64,000 bases of DNA from an uncultured virus (IMG/VR IMGVR_UViG_3300005611_000005) (taxonomy: Duplodnaviria; Heunggongvirae; Uroviricota; Caudoviricetes). The notes under the pieces are model-generated. The model had not been told where the DNA came from. It ran no database searches and worked only from the letters and a program-made list of their open reading frames with translations. The DNA lies in IMG/VR virus record IMGVR_UViG_3300005611_000005, one strand, 5' to 3'. This document shows positions 55,836 through 64,000 of this stretch, piece by piece (position 1 is the stretch's first letter; every line of letters begins with the position of its first letter). A program made the position numbers and the translations under genes.

Positions 55836-55883
55836 AAATCTTGGTTATTGTAACAATTAGATATTTATAATTAAAGAAATATT

Positions 55884-57719
55884 ATGGCTGAAAAGACAAT
55901 CTACGGTCGTTTAAAACGTTTGTTTAATACAAATGTAATAGTACGAAAGTATGGTAAAAACAAGTTACGTGTTATAGATAATGATTATCTACAATCAGTA
56001 GGAAATCCACATAACTCGAAATACATTGATAGGTTTACTCGTTTACATGGGATAAAACCAAATTCAATGAACATGTACAATCCAAATTACAACTATTTTT
56101 CATCGAAAACAGAGTTGTATACGGATTATGAAGTAATGGATCAAGATTCAATTATTGCATCTGCATTAGACATTTATGCAGACGAGGCAGTAATGAAAGA
56201 CGATTTCGGAGACGTATTGCGTATTACCAGCGACAATGAACAAATTAAGAAAATTTTATACAATTTATTTTACGATATTCTAAACATAGAATTCAATTTA
56301 TGGCCATGGGTACGTAACATGTGCAAATATGGAGATTTATATTTGCGTTTAGATATACAAGAAGAAATAGGAATTGTCAATGTAGTTCCAATGTCTGCCT
56401 ATGAAGTAGTTCGTGAAGAAGGAATGATGCCTGACAATCCATATCATGTGCAATTTAAACAGTTAGGTGGTGGAAATGTAACTTACGAAAATTATGAAAT
56501 TGCTCACTTTCGTTTGTTAACAGATTCCAATTTTCTTCCGTATGGTAAATCGATTATCGAGCCTGCACGTAAAGTATGGAAACAGTTAACATTGATGGAA
56601 GACGCTATGTTAATTAACCGAATTATGCGAGCTCCTGAAAAACGTATATTTAAAATTGACGTAGGAAACATTCCACCTCAAGAAGTTGATACGTATATGG
56701 AGAAGATCATTAATCAAATGAAAAAGACTCCATACGTTGATCAACAAACGGGAGAATATAATCTTAAATTCAATTTACAGAACATGTTGGAAGATTATTT
56801 CCTACCTGTTCGCGGAGGTCAATCTGGTACGGAAATTGATACATTAACAGGTATTGAATTTAACGGTATTGATGATATTGAATATTTACGTAATAGAATG
56901 ATGTCAGCTTTAAAAGTGCCAAAAGCATTTTTAGGATATGAAGAAGGAATTTCTGGTAAGGCTACATTAGCTGCTGAGGATGTTCGATTTGCACGTACTA
57001 TCGAACGTATTCAACGAATTATAATTTCAGAATTGCATAAAATTGCTATTGTGCATTTATTCGCTCAAGGATTTGAAAATGCAGATTTAATTGATTTTGA
57101 ACTGTCAATGACTTCTCCATCAACTATATATGAGCAGGAAAAATTAACATTGTATACTTCTAAAGTAGATTTAGCTGGTTCAATGATTGAAAAGAAATTG
57201 TTCTCGAAAGAATGGATTTATCGAAACATTTTCAACATGACAGATGATGAACAAGTTGCAATGGAACAAGGCTTGATCGAAGATGGTAAAGAAACTTTCA
57301 GATTAGAGAAAATAACAACTGAAGGGGAAGATCCGGCTAATAAAAAGGAAGAACCAAAAGAAGAAAAGGAAGACGCTGGTACTGACGAGGAAGAAGGAGG
57401 AGATACTGGAAACCCATTTGAATCAGTAGATCCTAAATTAGTTAAAAAATATGACAAAATGGGTCGCGATATGTCTAAACGAGCTAAAGCTCCGAAAGGT
57501 GGCTGGCCAGGAGCGGGAAGACCAGAAGAACCTATTAAATACAATTCTCATGAGCATCCAAGGGGATACGATCCTATAGGAAAAGTAGCTTGGAAAAATT
57601 CCAGAAATGAGTCTATAGAAAAACGATATGGGCTTGCTCAATTTAAGAAAATATCTAAAAAAAATATATTAAATGAAGGTATGTTAGATGAAAATAATTT
57701 ACTTGATGACAATTATTAA
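55884..57719 (+). CDS. Portal protein (T4 gp20-like)
   Basis: LMEDAMLINRIMRAPEKRIFKIDVGN, MLEDYFLP, GTEIDTL, ALKVPK. Confidence 0.95.
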   Translation: MAEKTIYGRLKRLFNTNVIVRKYGKNKLRVIDNDYLQSVGNPHNSKYIDRFTRLHGIKPNSMNMYNPNYNYFSSKTELYTDYEVMDQDSIIASALDIYADEAVMKDDFGDVLRITSDNEQIKKILYNLFYDILNIEFNLWPWVRNMCKYGDLYLRLDIQEEIGIVNVVPMSAYEVVREEGMMPDNPYHVQFKQLGGGNVTYENYEIAHFRLLTDSNFLPYGKSIIEPARKVWKQLTLMEDAMLINRIMRAPEKRIFKIDVGNIPPQEVDTYMEKIINQMKKTPYVDQQTGEYNLKFNLQNMLEDYFLPVRGGQSGTEIDTLTGIEFNGIDDIEYLRNRMMSALKVPKAFLGYEEGISGKATLAAEDVRFARTIERIQRIIISELHKIAIVHLFAQGFENADLIDFELSMTSPSTIYEQEKLTLYTSKVDLAGSMIEKKLFSKEWIYRNIFNMTDDEQVAMEQGLIEDGKETFRLEKITTEGEDPANKKEEPKEEKEDAGTDEEEGGDTGNPFESVDPKLVKKYDKMGRDMSKRAKAPKGGWPGAGRPEEPIKYNSHEHPRGYDPIGKVAWKNSRNESIEKRYGLAQFKKISKKNILNEGMLDENNLLDDNY

Positions 57720-57767
57720 TTTACTAACTAGCTTCATATTTATTATTGATAACAAATAATTATTTGA

Positions 57768-58613
57768 ATGAAACAACTAAAACATTCGAAAGTTAAAAAT
57801 ACAGGAGTGCTTTTCGAACTTCTAGTTAGACAGGTGGCGTCAGATACACTGAATAATACAGATTCTTCTGCTATAGGATTATTGAAAAAATATTTCGGTA
57901 AGAATACAGAACTGTCTAAAGAATTAAATCTTTATCAAACTGCTATTAAAGAGCAATTTAATAAAGAAGAAAAAGCTTCGTCTTTAATTGAAGCGTTAAT
58001 AGCAGCAAGAAAGCAATTAAATGAATCTGCATTATCTAGACAGAAATACAATTTGATTAAAGAAATCAAAGAAAATTACATACTAGAAGATTTTTTCAAA
58101 ACAAAAGTAAATGATTATAAAGTTTTAGCGTCAATTTACAAATTGTTTGAATATCAGCCGGCGGACAATCCTTCTGAATTTATAACTAACAAATATACTT
58201 TAATAGAGCATGTAGTTCGTACCAATGTAACCAAACCAGCTCAGTTATCTGAAATGGCATTGTTTACTCAACAGAACAAAGATGTTCGTATATTAACGTA
58301 TAAATTGTTAGTAGATAAATTCAATGAAAAGTATTCGGAATTGAATGAAGGTCAGAAACGTCTGCTTCGAAATTATATAAATTCAATTACAGAAAGCACT
58401 GACCTTAAAAATTTCCTTAACACTGAAATTGCTACTGTTACATCTGAATTAAATAAATTGACAAAATCAGTTACTGATAAAGTTGTAAAAATTAAGTTGA
58501 AAGAAGTAACAAGCTTGTTAACGGAAATTTCCAAAGCTAAGACAGTAAAAGACAATCATGTATTATCTTTGTTACGATATCATGAATTAATTAAAGAACT
58601 TAAAAAAGTATAA
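57768..58613 (+). CDS. Helical head-module protein
   Basis: KHSKVKNTGVLFELL; lies between portal and protease. Confidence 0.7.
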   Translation: MKQLKHSKVKNTGVLFELLVRQVASDTLNNTDSSAIGLLKKYFGKNTELSKELNLYQTAIKEQFNKEEKASSLIEALIAARKQLNESALSRQKYNLIKEIKENYILEDFFKTKVNDYKVLASIYKLFEYQPADNPSEFITNKYTLIEHVVRTNVTKPAQLSEMALFTQQNKDVRILTYKLLVDKFNEKYSELNEGQKRLLRNYINSITESTDLKNFLNTEIATVTSELNKLTKSVTDKVVKIKLKEVTSLLTEISKAKTVKDNHVLSLLRYHELIKELKKV

Positions 58614-58616
58614 CTT

Positions 58617-58892
58617 ATGGCAAACCCAATTTCAGGACCGTATACATACACCGCTTTACCATATCACGCTTCAGGGCCAGGTAAATATAACAAAGTAGTA
58701 TTAGCCGCGGCTACATTTTACGCTACGGGATCGAATGCCTATCCTTCGGCATTTTACGTTTCAGGATCTGGCGACGCCACTGTTACTTTAGCAAACGGAG
58801 GCTCTATTACAGTTAATGGATCTGATAGAAGTATATTTGAAATGAGTGTAGCTTCAGTAACGTCAGGTACAGTATATTTACTTTATAGTTAA
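58617..58892 (+). CDS. Small beta-rich protein, possible head decoration
   Basis: 91 aa, Ser/Gly/Thr-rich. Confidence 0.55.
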   Translation: MANPISGPYTYTALPYHASGPGKYNKVVLAAATFYATGSNAYPSAFYVSGSGDATVTLANGGSITVNGSDRSIFEMSVASVTSGTVYLLYS

Positions 58893-58898
58893 AAATTT

Positions 58899-59555
58899 AT
58901 GCCATCATTTATAGAAAATATCAAAGCTCAAATGTTGAATGAAAATGTTCTAGGCGTTAAAGAAGATTTTTATATTGAAATTTCTGTAAGAGACGCTAAA
59001 CAGGCTCAGGAAATTATTCGAGACATTCCATACTTTAAAAACCTAGAGCAGTATGGATCGAATGTATATGCAACAGACGATGAAGAACAGATTCAAGAAC
59101 TATTAACTGTTTTAGAAGATAATAGTATTGAAATACTTGATAGCATTACTGAAATGTCGACAACGGCTGGCGTACCTGGATATCAAACGCCATATGCATT
59201 CGGAAAGCAAGATGATGAAGACGTTGAAATTTTAGGATTTAAAAAAGTAAAAAAATCTAATGTAAACGAATCGAAATTTATGCAATTGTCTAAACAAATG
59301 CATTTAAATGAAATTTCGTATCATGAATATAAAAAAGACCCATCAGTTTCTGCAAAGAAAAAAGTAAATCAATCGATAAGTGAAATAAACAAACGAATTC
59401 GTGAAATAGAACGAGTTGTAAATCATAACGTACGATTGAAACAGGAAATGGGAGTCAATTCAGGACAATATTGGAAATCGTCTCAAAGCAATTTATCTAA
59501 AATTAGCGAAAGGTTATTGAGAATTTCAAAACAACTTAAAGAATTAGCATCGTAA
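58899..59555 (+). CDS. Head-module hypothetical protein
   Basis: EMSTTAGVPGYQTPYAF, several L/I-x-E sites, coiled-coil C-terminus. Confidence 0.65.
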   Translation: MPSFIENIKAQMLNENVLGVKEDFYIEISVRDAKQAQEIIRDIPYFKNLEQYGSNVYATDDEEQIQELLTVLEDNSIEILDSITEMSTTAGVPGYQTPYAFGKQDDEDVEILGFKKVKKSNVNESKFMQLSKQMHLNEISYHEYKKDPSVSAKKKVNQSISEINKRIREIERVVNHNVRLKQEMGVNSGQYWKSSQSNLSKISERLLRISKQLKELAS

Positions 59556-59556
59556 C

Positions 59557-60162
59557 ATGGAAAAGAAATTATTAGTAGATGTAATTACGTTCAACGTAAC
59601 TCCAGAAATGGTCAATGAATCAATGGAGAAAAATAACGGACGATTAGTCGTTAAAGGAGTTTTACAACGAGCTGAAGCGAAAAATCAAAACGGCCGTGTA
59701 TATCCTAAAGAGATATTAATGCGTGAAGCAAAGAAATATAGCGATGTTAATATTAAAGAAAGACGTGCGTTAGGAGAATTAGATCATCCAGATTCGTCAG
59801 TAGTAAACTTAAATAATGTATCGCACAATGTAATTGAAATGCATTGGCAAGGAAATGATTTAGTCGGTACTGTAGAAGTATTGTCGACTCCTGCCGGAAA
59901 TATTCTTAAAGAATTGTTTCGTAGCGGAATTAAATTAGGAATTTCATCTAGAGGAATGGGATCTGTTAAACAATTAGGAGAATCTGAAGTTCAAGTGCAA
60001 GATGATTTTGAATTGATTGCATTTGATTTTGTATCTAATCCATCGACTCATGGAGCATTTTTAAGTCCGATTCACGAGTCAGTAAATAGAACCAATAGCA
60101 TTTCTACAAAATACGAAACTGTTAATAGACTTATAACTGACATTTTAACTGACATTAAATAA
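59557..60162 (+). CDS. Prohead protease (T4 gp21-like)
   Basis: NQNGRVYP, LGELDHP, VSH, TPAG, GISSRGMGS, DFVSNPS. Confidence 0.95.
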   Translation: MEKKLLVDVITFNVTPEMVNESMEKNNGRLVVKGVLQRAEAKNQNGRVYPKEILMREAKKYSDVNIKERRALGELDHPDSSVVNLNNVSHNVIEMHWQGNDLVGTVEVLSTPAGNILKELFRSGIKLGISSRGMGSVKQLGESEVQVQDDFELIAFDFVSNPSTHGAFLSPIHESVNRTNSISTKYETVNRLITDILTDIK

Positions 60163-60170
60163 TAAAGAGT

Positions 60171-60770
60171 ATGTCTACATTTACGCCAGTAGTACCGACA
60201 TCGCCGCCTCAATCAAATTCAGCGCCAGCTCCTGGATCGTTGTCTTTAGAAGCTAGATTTCGTGCTAGTCAATACAACCGCGCGGAATCGTTATACGATT
60301 TAGCTAGCCGATTAAATGTATCAGATACTTCTAAATTAAACATAGATGCAATTCCTGCACAATTTAATACAGCTACTAAATTTAATTCAGATACTTCTAA
60401 TTTAAATGAAGACACAATTCCAGCGCGTTTTAATGTAGCTAGTAAATTTCATCCTACCGTCGACATTAATTCATCTAAATTAGATCGTAATGAATTTTCT
60501 GGCACAAAGCCAGCAATATATGCTGGTACGGCTGGCCCAAATCGATCATTCGCTCGAGCGCAAAGTCCTACAGTTTCTAATTTAGATATCGATTCAATTC
60601 CAGCTAAATTTAATGTTAATAGTAGATTATCAGGATTACCAAGCCAATCTTCTAAATTAAACATCGATTCAATTCCAGCTAAATTCAATGTAACAAGTCG
60701 ATTATCAGGATTGCCGAGTCAGTCTTCTAAATTAAATATTGACTCAATACCATCAAGATATTCTCCTTAA
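60171..60770 (+). CDS. Tandem-repeat protein (SKLNIDSIPAKF repeats)
   Basis: About six repeats, also visible at the DNA level. Confidence 0.75.
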   Translation: MSTFTPVVPTSPPQSNSAPAPGSLSLEARFRASQYNRAESLYDLASRLNVSDTSKLNIDAIPAQFNTATKFNSDTSNLNEDTIPARFNVASKFHPTVDINSSKLDRNEFSGTKPAIYAGTAGPNRSFARAQSPTVSNLDIDSIPAKFNVNSRLSGLPSQSSKLNIDSIPAKFNVTSRLSGLPSQSSKLNIDSIPSRYSP

Positions 60771-60796
60771 CAATATTTATATTAAATCATTTATAT

Positions 60797-61195
60797 ATGA
60801 AAACATCGCAACTAAGAACTTTAATTAGAGAAGAAGCTCGAAAAATATTATCTGAAGAAATGACAGAACCTTCAGAGCAAATTTTAAAAGGAGCTATGGC
60901 TTACTTCAAACAACAAACTGGCATTACAACAGGTATGCCCGCTTTGGAATTTAAAAGTAAACGATATGAAACAATAAACTATAGCATATCTTTAGATAAA
61001 GAAGTTAGAACACCTGTAATGAAAGCATTGTTTTCTGAACTGACTTTAGATATCAGCGTAGCTAGTCTTAGAGATGAAATTGGAGGATATTCATTTTCAT
61101 TTTCCATTAATTATAAGCACCCAGACGGAGGTAGCAATGGAAAATCTGTAGGAACTGTATTTTACAGTAATGGTAAGTATACTGGAAGATTTTAA
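60797..61195 (+). CDS. Putative head-packaged protein with MKTSQLRTLIREE leader
   Basis: Late motif at 60773; C-terminal YKHPDGGSNG. Confidence 0.65.
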   Translation: MKTSQLRTLIREEARKILSEEMTEPSEQILKGAMAYFKQQTGITTGMPALEFKSKRYETINYSISLDKEVRTPVMKALFSELTLDISVASLRDEIGGYSFSFSINYKHPDGGSNGKSVGTVFYSNGKYTGRF

Positions 61196-61196
61196 C

Positions 61197-61904
61197 ATGC
61201 CATATACATTTAGAAAACAAGGAAATAAATACGTAGTTTTTAAAAAGAAATCTGATGGCAGCCCAGGTGAAAGAGTCGGAGCAACTAAAGGTACTAAAGA
61301 AGCATTGAAAAAATATTTAGCTGCATTACACGTTAACGAAACAGAAACAATTATGAAACCAATTAAATTAGCTCAATTAATAGAAAGGTCAAATTCTAAC
61401 GATACTACAGTACAGCGCATGACTTCAGAGCAAAAGCAGGCTTTTCTAGAAGCAGTATATCAATTTGCAGAACATTCCAAATCGATATATCGCAAGCATT
61501 CAATTGCTGAAACTGCACAATATTTAAAGGAACTTATCGAAGCAGCTTCGCAATTGACTTTGGCAGAAACAGAAGATTGGTTTGACCAACAAACTGTTAA
61601 TCGTCATATGAAACATTTAAATGAAGCGTTTAAAATTTTCGAAAAAACAGCTACGGAAATGGAAACGCTACAACAACGTTTAGAAGCTTCATACGATGAT
61701 ATTGGCGAAACTCTTTCGAAATATTACGACGTTAATGGAATGGTAACAGAAGCTGATGGTGCGGATTATCAGAAATTTTTTCAAAAAGCTATGAAAAAGT
61801 TCAAAGTAGATTCGCCAGCTGAATTTGAAACAGATCAACAAAAGAAAAAGTTTTTTAAGTATATAGATAAAGGATATACTTCTAAAAAAGAAAAACAATC
61901 ATGA
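61197..61904 (+). CDS. Head-module hypothetical protein
   Basis: Probable start ATG 61197 (MPYTFRK); YLAALHVNE, YQKFFQKAMKKF. Confidence 0.65.
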   Translation: MPYTFRKQGNKYVVFKKKSDGSPGERVGATKGTKEALKKYLAALHVNETETIMKPIKLAQLIERSNSNDTTVQRMTSEQKQAFLEAVYQFAEHSKSIYRKHSIAETAQYLKELIEAASQLTLAETEDWFDQQTVNRHMKHLNEAFKIFEKTATEMETLQQRLEASYDDIGETLSKYYDVNGMVTEADGADYQKFFQKAMKKFKVDSPAEFETDQQKKKFFKYIDKGYTSKKEKQS

Positions 61905-63229
61905 TTAAATTAGTTGATATATTAAAAGAATCTAAGCGATACAAAAGTATCACTAAAAAAACTCTTCGCGAAACAAAAAATAAAACACTGCAGTTATTTG
62001 TAATTGAAGATATATTACAGTCAGGTGCGTTAAGTATTAATGAAGTTAAAGCTTTACGGGAGTTTTTTGCGTATAGAAAATCTAAAGTAATGCCAGTTTT
62101 AAATGAAAATACGCTTCGATTAATAGATAATGAAATGTTAAAAGAAGGTTTTATAGACTGGATTAAAGAAAAAGGTAAGTCTTTTACGAACTTTTTAAAA
62201 AGCGGATGGGATAAAATAAAAAAGGCATGGGGCAATTTTAAAGATTTTGTTAGTGGTATAATTAATCAGTTAAAAAAAGGCATGGCAGATGCATGGAAGC
62301 AGACAGTACAAAGATTTAAAGATTCATTTGAATGGGCTAATGACGTTGTTAAAAAAATAGAAGAAATAATTTCTAAAAACGCATCTGAATTATACGGTAA
62401 AATTGCAGGTAAAGTTTCTAAAATCGCTAATATAGAACCTAAAGAAGTGCATACTCAATTACCTAAAGAAATAGAGACTTTTGGTAAAGCCTCAAAGCAC
62501 ATATTCAGTGTCACTAAAAGTAATTTTGTTGAGTTAGAGACCTTTGAAAAAGATGCGTTAGAAGGAAATCTTAAAGGAAATGTAGATCTAGAGCAAGAGC
62601 ATGTTGGATTTTTAAAAGATAAAAAATTAGTAGAAACTTTAATTAATAAGACTCGTAGACTTTATGAATCGGCAATTGAGCATCCTGAAAATCTTATAAA
62701 AAAATACCCATTACTTAAAAAAATTGTTACTGTCATATTAAAAATTTTTAAGTATACATTTGGTATTTTTAGTACAATAATAAAAAAGGCGGCCCAATTC
62801 CTTGCCGAAAATGTTTTGTCTATTGTTAATGGAGTATGTCAAATGACAAACGGTCCAGTAGATCCAAATAATTATGCTGCCATGGCAGCGATTATCGGAG
62901 AGCTAGCCGAAGCAGCAGGTCATAAGATACATCTACTTCATGAAAAAATTGAAATGGCAATAGATTTTATATCCAATATTGTAAAATTGGCATGTCCACC
63001 CATTGCGCCGAACGTTGAAATTATTACGCAAGCATTTCATATTGCAGCAAATTTCTTTTTTGTATATGCAATTGCTACAGTAGTATTAAATGTAATTGTA
63101 CCGGCAATAAAAAAATTCTCTAGTTGGCTAGACGAAAAGATGAAAAATGATGCGGCATTTGCATCCACTGTTAACACCGCGCTAGCTTCCGTGAGCTCGC
63201 CTGGTTACCGAGGAGTATCTGGTTCTTGA
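61901..63229 (+). CDS. Helical protein with hydrophobic segments and MIKLVDILKE leader
   Basis: LKEGFIDWIKEKG, amphipathic helices, hydrophobic FFFVYAIATVVLNVIV. Confidence 0.65.
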   Translation: MIKLVDILKESKRYKSITKKTLRETKNKTLQLFVIEDILQSGALSINEVKALREFFAYRKSKVMPVLNENTLRLIDNEMLKEGFIDWIKEKGKSFTNFLKSGWDKIKKAWGNFKDFVSGIINQLKKGMADAWKQTVQRFKDSFEWANDVVKKIEEIISKNASELYGKIAGKVSKIANIEPKEVHTQLPKEIETFGKASKHIFSVTKSNFVELETFEKDALEGNLKGNVDLEQEHVGFLKDKKLVETLINKTRRLYESAIEHPENLIKKYPLLKKIVTVILKIFKYTFGIFSTIIKKAAQFLAENVLSIVNGVCQMTNGPVDPNNYAAMAAIIGELAEAAGHKIHLLHEKIEMAIDFISNIVKLACPPIAPNVEIITQAFHIAANFFFVYAIATVVLNVIVPAIKKFSSWLDEKMKNDAAFASTVNTALASVSSPGYRGVSGS

Positions 63230-63438
63230 GTAACGCCGGATTGAAGTATTTTACTACAAACTTATTAATTTAAGAAAAATTTTTCAAAAAACCAAAGGTT
63301 TTGTAAATCTTCACATATTTATTTTTGAACGCACAATACCTTGTGATAATTTATCCACTATACAAGGTGCTAGAGTAATTAACCCACTATTAAGAATTTG
63401 AATATTCTTATTTCCGATTAAAATTTAATAAGAGGACT

Positions 63439-64000
63439 ATGAAAGATTTATTAAAAGAAGCTATCGCCGACGCCAAAGCTGTACGCGAAACTGCTTTAGC
63501 TAATGCAAAGCTAGCTCTTGAAGAAGCTTTCACTCCAAGATTGCAATCAATGATTTCCGCTAAACTTTCTGAAGAAATGGAAGAAATGGAAGAGGAAGAA
63601 GAAATGGAAGAAATGATGCCTGAAGGAGATGAAATGCCAGCCCCAGAGCCAGCAGAACCAGAAGCTGAAGAAGAGTCAGATGACAGTGAAGAAATGTCAG
63701 ACGATAGCGAAGAAATGTCAGACGATGACAATGAAATGAACGAAGAAGATGACTTGGATTTAGATGAAATCATCCGAGAGCTAGAAATGGCTGAAGAGCT
63801 TGATTCATCTGAAATTGGATCTGGAGACAATAGAGTCGATGATTTAGAGGCTGATACCGATAATGACGACGATTTATTTGTTGAAGGTGAAGAAGACATG
63901 ATGGATGAAGAAGAAGATGAAGAAATTGACATTCAAGAAATCGTTCGCGCTTTACGTGAAGAAGATGAAGATGAAGAAATGATGGAAGGCGACCATGGTT
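63439..64000 (+). CDS. Prohead core/scaffolding protein (partial, runs off the window)
   Basis: MKDLLKEAIADAKAVRETALANAKLALEEAFTPRL followed by extremely acidic sequence; downstream of the prohead protease. Confidence 0.8.
   Translation, partial: MKDLLKEAIADAKAVRETALANAKLALEEAFTPRLQSMISAKLSEEMEEMEEEEEMEEMMPEGDEMPAPEPAEPEAEEESDDSEEMSDDSEEMSDDDNEMNEEDDLDLDEIIRELEMAEELDSSEIGSGDNRVDDLEADTDNDDDLFVEGEEDMMDEEEDEEIDIQEIVRALREEDEDEEMMEGDHG

Noticed and set aside
63408..63932. Minus-strand Ser-rich 174-aa ORF and other minus-strand ORFs
   Set aside because: Antisense shadows of + strand genes; GAA/GAT-rich acidic scaffold codons read as Ser on the reverse strand

Overview
A 64-kb, AT-rich segment of a large T4-like myovirus (jumbo/huge phage). 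All credible genes are on the + strand and read in the standard genetic code. TTTG-N20-TAnnTTTA promoters and the lack of Shine-Dalgarno motifs suggest a Bacteroidota host. The window runs as follows. (1) thyA, followed by a repeat-delimited string of small genes, an esterase and a lytic transglycosylase. (2) An array of 28 tRNA genes at about 5.45-9.85 kb covering 19 amino acids (no Val). It also holds tRNA-like and other structured RNAs, an endonuclease at a broken tRNA-Ser and an 8/4 tRNA-Ser. (3) Accessory genes: YkuK-like RNase H, IMPDH/GMPR, methyltransferase, Hsp20, UvsE, ClpP-like, HD hydrolase and a gp55-like sigma factor. (4) A baseplate/tail module. (5) Endonuclease I, primase and a fused Mre11-Rad50. 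(6) Tail fibres spanning an assembly gap that contains two alternative C-termini. (7) Putative packaged head proteins, terminase, portal, prohead protease and the start of the scaffold gene. The best candidate for a new system is a leader peptide/antiterminator/terminator attenuator in front of the tRNA array, with rrn-type boxA elements downstream, which could switch on phage tRNA synthesis when translation stalls. All functional calls come from motif recognition by eye; no database searches were run.
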